Part shown: positions 38,301 to 50,337 of the stretch, one piece after another
How the letters are laid out: every line of letters starts with the position of its first letter
Numbering within the stretch: position 1 is the first letter of the stretch
Origin: Mobula hypostoma
Taxonomy: Eukaryota
Assembly: GCF_963921235.1 (NCBI RefSeq)
Contig: NC_086097.1
Coordinates: forward strand, 99,512,001-99,576,000
Reading direction: 5' to 3'
Length of the DNA stretch: 64,000 nucleotides
Program-made: the position numbers and the translations under genes
Notes under the pieces: model-generated
The model's input: only the letters and a program-made list of their open reading frames with translations
What the model was told of the DNA's origin: nothing
Databases searched by the model: none

Positions 38301-41300
38301 ATGAGTATTTTGCATCAGTCTTCACAGTGGAAGACATGAGCAATATACCTGATAGCCAGAGGTATCAGGGAATAGAATTAGGTACAGTCAAGATAACTAG
38401 AGAGAAAGTGCTTGGGAAGCTAAGTGGACTAAGAATAGATAAGTCTCTCGGCCCGGATGAGGTGCACCCAAGGGTTCTGAAGGAAGTAGCTTTGGAGATT
38501 GTGGAAGCATTGGAAATGATCTTTCAGGAATCAATAGACTCTGGCATGGTTCCGGAGGACTGGAAGGTCGCAAATGTAGTTCCGCTATTTAAGAAAGGAA
38601 GGAGGCAGCAAAAAGAAAATTACAGACCTATTAGTCTGACATCGGTGGTTGGAAAGTTATTGGAGTCAATCCTCAAGGACGAAGTTATGAAATACCTCGA
38701 GGTGCATGACAAGATAGGCCGAAGCCAGCATGGTTTCATGAAGGGAAGATCCTGCCTTACCAACTTATTGGAATTTTTTGAGGTAATCTCAAATAAGATT
38801 GACAAGGGAGAGGCTATGGATGTTGTGTATTTGGATTTTCAAAAGGCCTTCGATAAGGTGCCGCATATGAGGCTGCTTAATAAGATGAGAGCCCATGGAA
38901 TTATAGGAAAGATATTGGAATGGGTGGAGCATTGGCTGATAGGCAGAAAGCAAAGGGTGGGAATAAAGGGCTCCTATTCTGATTGGTTGCCGGTTACTAG
39001 TGTTGTTCCGCAGGGGTCGGTGTTGGGGCCGCTTCTTTTTACGATGTATATCGATGATTTGGATTATGGATTAAATGGTTTTATGGCCAAGTTTGCGGAT
39101 GACACCAAGATAGGTGGAGGAGCAGGAAATATTGAAGAAACGGAAAGGTTGCAGAGAGACTTAGTCAGTTTAGGAGAGTGGGCAAAGAAATGGCAGATGA
39201 GATACAACATTGACAAATGTACGGTTGTACATTTCGGAAGAAGAAATAATCGGGTCGATTATTATTTAGATGGGGAGAAAATTCAAAAATCGGAAGTGCA
39301 AAGGGATTTGGGGGTCCTCGTGCAAGATACCCTAAAGGTTAACCACCAAGTTAGATTGGCAGTAAGGAAAGCGAATGCTATGTTGGCATTCATTTCAAGA
39401 GGAATAGTGTATAAGAGTAAGGAGGTGTTGATGAGGCTCTATGGGGCATTAGTGAGACCTCATTTGGAATACTGTGTGCAGTTTTGGGCCCCCTATCTTA
39501 GAAAGGATATACTGATGTTGGAGAGAGTTCAGAGAAGATTACGAGGATGATTCCTGGAATGCAGGGGCGAACATATGAGGAGCGTCTGTCGGCTCTTGGA
39601 TTGTATTCATTAGAGTATAGAAGAATGAGAGGGGATCTCATAGAAACGTTTCGAATGTTGAAAGGGTTGGACAGAGTAGATGTGGAAAGGTTGTTTCCTT
39701 TGGTGGGTGAGTCCAGGACAAGAGGCCATAGTCTTAGAATTAGAGGGTACCCAGTTAAAACAGAGATGAGGAGAAATTTTTTTAGCCAGAGGATCGTGGA
39801 TTTGTGGAATTCGTTGCTACATATGGCTGTGGAGGCCCGATCATTGAGGGTGTTTAAGGAGGAGATTGACAGGTATCTAATTAGTCAGGGTATCAAGGGA
39901 TATGGGGGAAAAGCCGGAAATTGGAACTAGATGGGTGAATAGTTTAGCTCATGTGGGAGCTGCGAAGCAGACTCGATGGGCCGAATGGCCTACTTCTGCT
40001 CCTTTGTCTTGTGATCTTGTGATCTTGTGATATTTGTGTGGAGTTCTGCATAGGTACATTCCAATGAGATAGGGAATTTATGGTAAGGTACAGGACCCAT
40101 GGTGTACAAAGGCTGTAATAAGTCTAGTCAAGAAGAAAATAAAAGCTTACAAAAGGTTCAGAGAGCTAGATAATCTGAGAGATCTAGAAGATTATAAAGC
40201 TAATAGGAAGGAGCTTAAAGAGGAAATTAGGAGAGCCAGAAGGGGCCATGAGAAGGTCTTGATGGGCAGGATTAAGGAAAACTCCAAGGCATTCTACAAG
40301 TATCTGAAGAGCAAGAGGATAAGACGTGAAAGAATAGGACCTATCAAGTGTGACAGTGGGAAAGTATGTATGGAACTGGAGGAAATAGCAGAGGTACTTA
40401 ATGAATACTTTACTTCAGTATTCACTATGGAAAAGGATCTTGGTGATTATAGTACTGACTGACAGCGGACTGAAAAGTTTGAGCATGTAGATATTAAGAA
40501 AGAGGATATGCTGGAGCTTTTGGAAAGCATCAAGTTGGATAAGTCGCCGGGACCAGATGAGATGTACCCCAGGCTACTGTGGGAGGCAAGGGAGGAGATT
40601 GCTGAGCCTCTGGCGATGATCTTTGCATCATCAATGGGGACGGGAGAGGTTCCAGAGGATTGCAGGGTTACAGATGTTGTTCCCTTATTCAAGAAAGGGA
40701 GTAGAGATAACCCAGGAAATTATAGACCAGTGAGTCTTACCTCATTGGTTAGTAAGTTGATGGAAAAGATCCTGAGTGGCAGTATTTATGAACATTTGGA
40801 TAGGCATAATATGATTAGAAGTAGTCAGCATGGCTTTGTCAAGTGTAGGTCATGCCTTACGAGCCTGATTGAATTTTTTGAGGATGTGACTAAACACATT
40901 GATGAAGGTAGAGCCATAGATGTAGTGTATATGGATTTCAGCAAGGCGTTTGATAAGGTACCCCATGCAAGGCTTATTGAGAAAGTAAGGAGGCTTGGCA
41001 TTCAAGGGGACCTTGCTTTGTGGATCCAGAACTGGCTTGCCCACAGAAAGCAAAGAGTGGTTGTAAACGGGTCATATTCTGCATGGATGTCAGTGACCAG
41101 TGGTGTGCCTCGGGGATCTGTTCTGGGACCCCTGCTCTTTGTGATTTTTATAAATGACCTGGATGAGGAAGTGGAGGGATGGGTTAGTAAGTTTGCTGAT
41201 GACACAAATGTTGGGTGTGTTGTGGATAGTGTGGAGGGCTGTCAGAGGTAACAGCGGGACATAGATAGGATACAAAACTGGGCTGAGAAGTGGCAGATGG

Positions 41301-42090
41301 AGTTCAAACCAGATAAGAGTGAAATGGTTCATTTTGGTAGGTCAAATATGATGGCAGAATATCGTATTAATGGTAAGACTCTTGGCAGTGTGGAGGATCA
41401 GAGGGATCTTGGGGTCCGAGTCCATAGGACGCTCAAAGCAGCTGTGCAAGTTGACTCTGTGGTTAAGAAGGCATATGGTGTTTTGGCCTTCATCAATCGT
41501 GGAATTGAATTTAGGAGCCGAGAGGTAATGTTGCAGCTAAATAGGACCCTAGTCAGACCACACTTGGAGTACTGTGTTCAGTTCTGGTCACCTCACTACA
41601 GGAAGGATGTGGAAACCATAGAAAGGGTGTAGAGGAGATTTACAAGGATGTTGCCTGGATTGGGGAGCATGCCTTATGAGAATAGGTTGAGTGAACTCGG
41701 CCTTTTCTCCTTGGAGCGACGGAGGATGAGAGGTGACCTGATAGAGGTGTACAAGATGATGAGAGGCATTGATCATGTGGATAGTCAGAGGCTTTTTCCC
41801 AGGGTTGAAATGGTTGCCACAAGAGGACACAGGTTTAAGGTGCTGGGGAGTAGGTACAGAGGAGACGTTAAGTTTTTCACTCAGAGAGTGGTGAGTGCGT
41901 GGAATGGGTTGCCGGCAACGGTGGTGGAGGTGGATACGATAGGGTCTTTTAAGAGACTTTTGGATAGGTACATGGAGCTTAGAAAAGTAGAGGGCTATAG
42001 GTAAGCCTAGTAATTTCTCAGGTAGGGACATGTTCGGCACAGCATTGTGGGCCAAAGGGCCTGTATTGTGCTGTAGGTTTTCTATGTTTC
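35365..42090 (+). mobile_element. Full-length degenerate CR1 LINE (ORF1 zinc finger/zipper plus SGNH esterase; ORF2 APE plus RT)
   Basis: ORF1 from ~35623 (CARC...ICTRC, IGDS, VVVHIGTND, LHLN; stop 36544). ORF2 endonuclease 36547-37480 (ITETW, MGDFN, DSDH) and RT 40031-42004. Tail TTTCTATGTTTC at ~42090. Confidence 0.95.
37482..40030 (+). mobile_element. Younger 5'-truncated CR1 of another subfamily, nested in the full-length CR1
   Basis: 638-aa ORF 37634-39550 plus 39547-39930, with a (TCTTGTGA)n tail. The host sequence rejoins at TTCAGGGGATA|TTTGTGTGG. Confidence 0.95.
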
Positions 42091-42092
42091 AA

Positions 42093-42430
42093 TGAGAGAG
42101 AGAGCCTGCAGCATGTTGAATTATCGGGTGAACAATGTAGTCTTTGGGGTACCTGCAAGTCTGTGTCTTTGCTATTGCTTAGCTCACACTTGAGTGCTGG
42201 CAGTGGGTGCACGTTATTTTTTGGCGGTGGGGGGAGGTGGGGTTGTTGCTTGCTGCCGCTTACACGTGGGAGGGAGGGAGCTGGGAGGGACTTTGGGGTT
42301 CTAACATTTAACTGTCATTCATTCTTTGGGGCACTCCTCTGTTTTCATGGATGGTTGAGAAGAAAAAGCATTTCAGGATGTATATTTTATACATCTCTCT
42401 GACATTAAATTGTACCTTTGAACCTTTGAA
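42093..42430 (+). mobile_element. Unclassified dispersed retro-repeat, 3' part
   Basis: Matches ~56090-56426 and ~59470-59785. Confidence 0.75.
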
Positions 42431-44094
42431 GTTTCTGCTTTGATGAACAAAGCTGTGTATACAGGCAAGATGCCAAAAAGTGCAAGGTGAGACCAAGAGA
42501 GAAAATTCAGTTCAAGTGATGTTGATTGAGGGGTTATGATACCAGCAATAGTTCTCCTGTTCATCATGGGATTTTTAAATCCACTCTAGAGAGCATATAA
42601 GATCCAAGTAAAATACCTCCTCATTGAACTGAGGCCGAGAGACAGCCTGTCCAAGAGAAGGATTGAGTGGCAGAAAAAAAAACGTGACTAAGTTACCCAT
42701 TCTTCACAGCAGCCTGTTTTGCTTCATCCAAAATCATTATCCAGGACTGTTTATCACCATTACGTTACCACACCATACCTCGCTGCATATCCCACCATGT
42801 CTTGCATCTTACCGCACACCAGTAAGCACGCCCATCCCAATGCATCTTCCCTCATATCACTGGTCTTCTCTATATCCCACCTGCGTCATGGCATTTTCCC
42901 AGACCTCCCTGCATTTTACAATCCATCACCTGATTGAATTTGACCATGCTCCTCCCCATCCCGTTTCATTGTACCTCAATGTAACATTACACTGTGTAGA
43001 TTACATCAGTATAGGTTCATTCACCACATCATAATCACCGTATTGTAACACTGGATCCTCCCTTAATTCAAATTCACCATGCAGCAACTTGTCTTATTGT
43101 AACTTTACAAATAACATCCACTGATATTTTTCCTTACCGTACCTTAGCATGCAGCATAACCAACTGAATTGCTTCATCTCCTATAGTTCACCGCCTCGAC
43201 TTGAAAATGCATCACTGTTCCTTTGTTGGTGCTGGGTCTAAAACCCAGAACTCACTACCAACACCACTGTGAGAGTATCTCCAACACCCGAAACACTGGA
43301 GAATCAGAAAGGTCACTCACTACCACCGTCTCAAGGAGCATTTAGAGACATGCAAATGGTCCCATCAAAAGCCACACTATCTCTATCGCAGTGCACATCA
43401 AAGCATCTTAACATTCATGTTATCTTTCACCACATCAATGCATTTTACCATATGTGGCTACACCATTTTGTGCATCAGTACGTTTAATGAAGGTCTCATC
43501 ATGCACCGTATCCTACCATGCCTGATTGGATATCAACGATATCCTTCTTCACCCATCCTTATTATCTCAGCAACAGCTGACAGCACTGTTCCTTCCTCTA
43601 CCTCACCATTTCTTCATCGTCCACACCCTTAACCATGAGACTCACCCTTCTTTACTTACAGTGTATCTGAATGTATTGTACCTTCTTTATCTGCTCCTTA
43701 TTCTGGCCATTCTTCACCCTATCTAACTATCCTGCACTTCATCTCCTGACACAATACTGCAGAGTGTACCCAGCTTATAAACTCAAGATCCCCTTCCGAG
43801 CTAGACCCGTTTGCCCGCATATCACTCATACCTTTCCCATTCAGGTACCTGCACAAGTGCCTCTTAAATGTCATTAATGTACCTGCCCCAACCATTTGTT
43901 CAGATAGCTCATTCCATCATCTGGGGAAGAAAGTTGTCCCTTGGGTCCCTATTAGATATTATCACACATACGTCGAAACATACAACACAACCTAAGACTG
44001 TGCTGGACGCAGTCCACAGGTGTCGTCACTCATTCGAGCACCAGCATCGCATGCCCACCATGTTCAGCAAAACAACACAAGCAATAAATATATT

Positions 44095-44212
44095 CAATCA
44101 CAAACAAGAGAAACTCTGCAGATGCAGGTTTTGGCACGAAATGTCAACTGTGCTCTTCTCCATAGATGCTGCCTGGCCTGCTGAGTTCCTCCAGCATTCT
44201 GTGTGTATTGCA
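44095..44212. repeat. Penelope-derived repeat
   Basis: ...CGAAATGTCAACTGT...GATGCTGCCTGGCCTGCTGAGTTCCTCCAGCA; same family as 22700, 24910, 28950, 29660, 45450 and 45840. Confidence 0.7.
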
Positions 44213-45149
44213 GTAAATATATATAGTTTGATTAAGCATTCTTGTTCATTTAAATAACCAATCGCAGATTATATGTGAAAGTCAGTGAATTATGTACATC
44301 ATAAAACTACCACGATATATATGCACGCCTCGCTTGAAGTACACACAAGTTAAGACTCTCATCTCTCAGCTCTCTTGTTTTCTGTTGAGTTATTTTAATG
44401 TCTAAACAACAACACAACAAGCCCCTTTCCTCCCACTCACAACAGGGCAGGGTGCCTCTGCACCTCCAGCCTCTAGTGAACTTGTGGATTCGCAGTCATC
44501 GGATTTGCGACTCTCCCAGCAGACTCGTAGACTTACGGCTTCAGCCAAGGAGCCGAGAACTCCTGACTCTGCCTTTTGTCAACTCCAGGACCCACTGATG
44601 ATGAGAGCCCAAACTCCAGACTTGCCAGATCACCGACCCTTATGCCTCCTGCCTGCACTGACCTCCAATCCCGGTACCAACTGACCTGGGGAGGAGGAGG
44701 GCAGTTTACCAGACCTCATCCTCACTGGTCTTTGTCCACGGCACTTGCAGACCCGAATTCCGTCTATGGTAATTATTGGCCTTTGACCCCAGAGTGCTCC
44801 AACCAGAACACCAGCCTAACCTGAGCTCTAACTGCCCTCTGTGTCCCAAAGCCATCCCTACAAACCTAAAAAACAACTACATCTTTCCTTCCGCACATGT
44901 CCTCTATTCTTAGTTCTCCAATCCCAGGGAAAAGACTGTGTATAATTACCCTGCCAATTCCGTACACCTCTATAATCTCACCCCTCATTCCCCTATGCGC
45001 CAATAAACAAAGTTCCAACCTGCTCAGTCTCATTCCATAGCTCAGTCCTTCAAGTCCTGACAGTAACCTCATAAATCTTACTCTGTTTAACATTAACCGA
45101 GACCACAACAACAATAGAAGACAACATTAACCATCTGTCAATCACTTAC

Positions 45150-45227
45150 ATCATCCCATTTAATGAACTTCTCTCCATGGACCAGAAAGGATTTCACCTC
45201 AATCTCAGGGATTACAGCTCTTGCCAT
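45150..45227 (-). CDS. PLCB2: Phospholipase C beta 2-like, first coding exon (78 bp)
   Basis: GGGA-ATG-G Kozak context. Reads MARAVIPEIEVKSFLVHGEKFIKWDD followed by GTAAGT; matches the PLCB2 exon-1 end GERFIKWDD. Confidence 0.95.
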
Positions 45228-45973
45228 TCCCAGCAAGCAAAGTGGATTGAGTTTCCCCTCACAGTGTGTTGGAAAGGGATGAGAGGCTCTCTCAGCCAAT
45301 CACACCAGAAAAATAATTTACAAAAACAGATGTAAGTTACACCTCCGAGTCAAATGAAAGTTGGCAACATGTAAAGTGGGATGCAAATGAAAGCAAACAG
45401 AAACTGAAGGACAAAAGACATACAGACAAACATGAATTCAAACATCACAGAAGGGTGCTGGAGGACCAGCAGGTCAGGCAGCATCCATGGAGGGAAGTGG
45501 ACAGTCCACATTCTGGTTGACCAAACTTTCCTCCATAGTTGCTGCCTGACCTGATGAGTTCCTCCTGTGTTTTGAGTGTTCCTCCTCAGTTTATGGTCCA
45601 CTGTTACGTTGTTTTGCACTTTAGTCGGTCTGTTGGATGTGATACCTCAGTAACAGAAAACATCTTACACTCTTGTGCATGTCTTTGACTGCCTTTTCTT
45701 TCTTGCTCAGGTCTCATTCTCTACATCATTTCTCTCTCTTCACTGTCTTGTATAACTCATGCCTAACACCTAATGTATCATCCCTTATGTATAATCCCAA
45801 ATGTGTAACCCCTTATGTATAATCCCAAATGGTTAACCTCTTCCTAGAGATGCTGCCTGGCCTGCTGCGTTCACCAGCAACTTTTATGTGTGTTGCTTGA
45901 ATTTCCAGCATCTGCAGAATTCCTGTTGTTTGTGTAACCCCTTATGTGTAACTGCACATGTATAATCCCTCAG

Positions 45974-46283
45974 TGTTGGCGCGTGGCCAAGTGGTCAAGG
46001 CATTCATCTAGTGATGTAAATGTCGCAAATTCGAGCCTTGGCTGAGGCAGTGTGTGTCCTTGAGCAAGGTACTTAATCACACATTGCTCTGCGACGACAC
46101 CAGTGCCAAGCTGTGTGGGTCCTAATGCCCTTCCCTTGGACAACATCAGTGGCGTGGAGAGGGGAGACTTGCAGCATGGGCAACTGCTGGTCTTCCATAC
46201 AATCTTGCCCAGGCCTGCTCCCTGGAAATTTACCAAGGCACAAATCCATGGTCTCATGAGACTAACAGATGCCTACATAAAAA
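45974..46283 (+). mobile_element. tRNA-derived CORE-like SINE with 10-bp TSD
   Basis: Box A TGGCCAAGTGG, box B-like TTCGAGCC, CORE-like TGTGTCCTTGAGCAAGGTACTTAA, and an A-tail. TSD AATCCCTCAG at 45964-45973 and 46284-46293. Confidence 0.85.
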
Positions 46284-46608
46284 AATCCCTCAGCTATAAT
46301 CCCTCATGTATAACGTGTCGTGTATAACCCCTATTGTATAACCGCACATGTAGAACCCTTCGTGTATAATCCCTCAGTTATAATCCCTCAAGTATAATCC
46401 CTCATGTAGAATGCATCATCTATAATCCCTCATGTATATTATCTCATAGATGATGCCTCGTGTATAACCCCTCATGTAATATTCTTCATGTATAACCCTT
46501 CATGTTACACCCCTGATGTATAATGCCTCATGCACACATATACCTGTACATTATATTCCCTTATGTAAAATCCCTCATATATATTCCCTCATCTGCAATA
46601 AAAACAGA

Positions 46609-47835
46609 AGAACATAAGGAATAGGAGCAGGAGTAGACCATCTGTCCCATTGAGCCTGCTCCACCATTCAATAAGATCATGGTTGATTAGACTATGGACT
46701 CATCTCCATCTACCTGTCTTTTCCCCATAATCCTTAATTCCCCTACTATGCAAAAATCTATCCAACCTTGTCTTAAATACAAACGTTTGTATATTTACTG
46801 AGGTAGCCTCCACTGCTTCACTAGGCACAGAATTCCACAGATTCACCACTCTTTGGGAAAAGCAGTTCCTCCTCATCTCCATCCTAAATTTACTGCCTCA
46901 AATCTTGAGACTATGTCCCCTAGTTCTAGTCTCACCTATCAGTGAAAAAACTTTCCAGCCTCTAACTTATCTATCCCTTTCATAATGTTATATGTTTCTA
47001 TAAGATCTCCTCTCATCCTTCTGAATTCCAGCACGTATAGTCCCAGGTTACTCAATCTCTCCTCATAGTCTAACCTCCTCATCTCTGGAATCAACCTGGT
47101 GAACCTCCTCTGCACCACCTCCAAAACCAGTATATCCTTCCTCAAGTAAGGAAAACAGACCTGCACACAGTACTCCAGGTGTGGCCTCACCTGTACAGTT
47201 GCAGCAATACCTCCCTGCTTTTAATTTTAATCTCTTTAGCAATGAAGGCTAACCTTCCATTTGCCTTCTCGATAGCCTGCTGCACCTGCAAACTAACCTT
47301 TTGTGATTCATGCACAAGCACTCCCAAGTCCCTCCGCACAGCAGCATGCTGCAATCTTTTACCATTTAAATAATAATCTGCTCTTCCATTTTTCCTTCCA
47401 AAGTGGATGACCTCGCATTTACCAACATTGTAATCCATCTGCCAGACATTTGCTCACTCACTTAACCTATCTATATCTCTCTGCAGACTCTCCGTATTCT
47501 CTGCATAATTTGCTATTCCGGTCAATTTAGTGTCATCAGGAAATTTAGATACAGGACACTCGGTCGCACTTCCAGATCGCTAATGTATATTGTGAACAGC
47601 ACTGACCCCTGCAGCACACCACTCACTACTGATCGCCAACCAGAGAAACACCCATGTATCCCAACTCTCTGCTATCTATTGGTTAACCAATCCTCTATCA
47701 GTGCTAACACATCACCCACAACTCTATACATCCTTATCTTATGGAAAAGTCTTTTCTGTGACACCTTGTTGAAAGACTTCTGGAAATCTAAATAGATACA
47801 GTCCATCTGTTCCCCTCTATCCACTGTACTCGTTA
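46609..47835 (-). mobile_element. 5'-truncated CR1 LINE
   Basis: ORFs 46700-46882, 46939-47190 and 47187-47438. Confidence 0.92.
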
Positions 47836-50337
47836 TACCCCTCATGTATAATCCGTCATGTATAATCCCTCATGTACAATCTCTCATGTATAATCTGTCA
47901 TGTATAATCCCTCATGAATAATCCCTTATGCATTATCCCTCATGTATAATCACTCATGTATAATAACATGTACAATCCCTCATGTACAATCCATGTATAA
48001 TCCCTCATGTATAATCCCTCATGAATAATCCATTATGCATAATTCCTCATGTATAATCACTCATGTATAACAACTCATGTACAAACCCTCATGTAGAGTC
48101 ACTCATGTATAATCCCTCATGTATAATCTCCCATGTATAATCTCCCAAATATAATCCCCCAAATATAATCCCTCATGTATAATCCCCGAAATATAACACC
48201 CCATGTATAATCCCTCACATATAATCCTCTATAATACCCCAAATATAATCTCACATGTATAATCCTCCATGTATAATCCCCCATGTATAATCCCCAAGTA
48301 AATCCCTCATATATAATCCCTCTTGTATAATCCCGCTTGCATAATCCTACACATATAATCCACATATAATCCCGCATGTATAATCCACCGTATAACTGCC
48401 CATGTATAACCCTCATGTATAATCCTATACGATCCCTCATGTATAATCCCCCAAATATAATCCCTCATGTATAATTCCTCATGTATAATCCTCCATGTAT
48501 AATCCCCCAATATAATCCCTCATGTATAATTCCTCATTTATAATACCTCATGTATAATCCCTCACATATAATCCCTCATAATCCCTCACATATAATCCCT
48601 CATTTATAATCCCTCATGTAAAATCCCTCATGTATAATCCCTCACATATAAACCCTCATGTATAATCCCTCATGTAAAATCTCTCATGCATAATCCTGCA
48701 CATATGATCCCTCATGTATACTGCCCAAATATAATCCCTCATGTATAATCCCCATGCATAATTCCCAAGTATAATCCCTTACATATCATCCCTCATATAT
48801 AATCCCCCAAACATAATCCCTCCCATATAATCCCCCAAGTATAGTCCCTCATGTATAATACCCCATGTATAATACCTCACATATAATTCCCCATGTATAA
48901 TCCCCATGTATAACCCCCCACGTATAATCTCCCAAATATAATCCCCCAAGTATAATCCCTCATGTATAATCCCACCCATACAGTCCCTCATATACAATCC
49001 CCATGTATAATCCCTCATGTATAATCACCCAAATATAATTCCCCATGTATAATCCATCATGTATAATCTCCCATGCATTATCCCCCAAATATAATCTGCC
49101 ATGTATAATCCCCCAAGTATAATCCCTCACATATAATCCCTCATGTATAATCTACCAAATATAACCCCTCCCATATAATCCCCCATGTATAATTGCCATG
49201 TCTAATCCCCCAAGTATAATCCTTCACATATAATCCCTCATGTATAATCTACCAAATATAACCCCTCCCATATAATCCCCCAGGTATAATCCCTCACGTA
49301 TAATTCCCCATGTATAATCCACCAAATATAACCCCTCACATATAATCCCCCATGTATAATCCCTCCCATCTAATCCCCCATGTTTAATCCCTCACATATA
49401 ATCCCCCATCTATAATCCCCCAAGTATAATCTCTCATGTATAATCCCTTATGTATAATTCCCCAAGTATTATCCCCCATATTAAATCCCCAAAGTATAAT
49501 CCCTCACATATAATCCCCATGTATAATCCCCCATGTATAATCCCTCATGTATAATCCCTCATCTATCATCCCTCATGTATCATTCCCCATGTATGAATCC
49601 CCATGTATAATCCCTCATGTATAATCCTTCATGTATAACTCTCCAAGTATAAACCCCCATGTATAATTCCCCCTGTATAATCCCCCATGTTAACCCCTCA
49701 TGCATAATGGCTGATATATAACACTCATGTATTAACCCTCATATCTAGTGCCTCGTGTGTAATCGCTCAGGTATATTCATTCAAGTGTAGGTCTCGTTTG
49801 TAACCCCTCAAATATATTCCCTCATGTATAATCACTCATATAGAATCTATCATGTAAAATGCCTTGTACAATACCTCATGAATTACCATTCATGTACACT
49901 CAGCCATGTATAATCGCTCACGTCTAACCCCTCGTCTACAACGCTCATGAATAATCCCTCACATATAACACTTCATGTATAATTCTTCATGTGTATTCTC
50001 AAATGTCCAATCTCTCATGTATAACTGGCATGCACAATTCCTCATGCATAATCCATTATGTATAATCCCTCATTGATAGCCCCTCATGTTTAATTCCTCA
50101 TTTGTCCTTCATGTACACCACTTCATGTATAATTCCTCATGTGTAACCCCTCATGTGTAATCTCTCATATATATCCTTTATCTATAATCACTCTAGCATA
50201 ATCCCTCTTGTATAACATCTCATGTAAAGTTCTTCATGTATAATCCCTCATATATATCCCCTCATGTATAATCCCTAGTGTACAATTCCTCATGGATTAT
50301 CCCTCGTGTGTAATACCTCATAAATAACACCTCATCC

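Noticed and set aside
45974..46045. Possible tRNA gene
   Set aside because: The A/B boxes belong to a SINE head followed by body, A-tail and TSD; no convincing cloverleaf.
47835..50337. Many TATAAT hexamers (bacterial -10 or TATA-like) and Gly/Tyr-rich ORFs
   Set aside because: They are part of the 14-bp satellite monomer in eukaryotic DNA.
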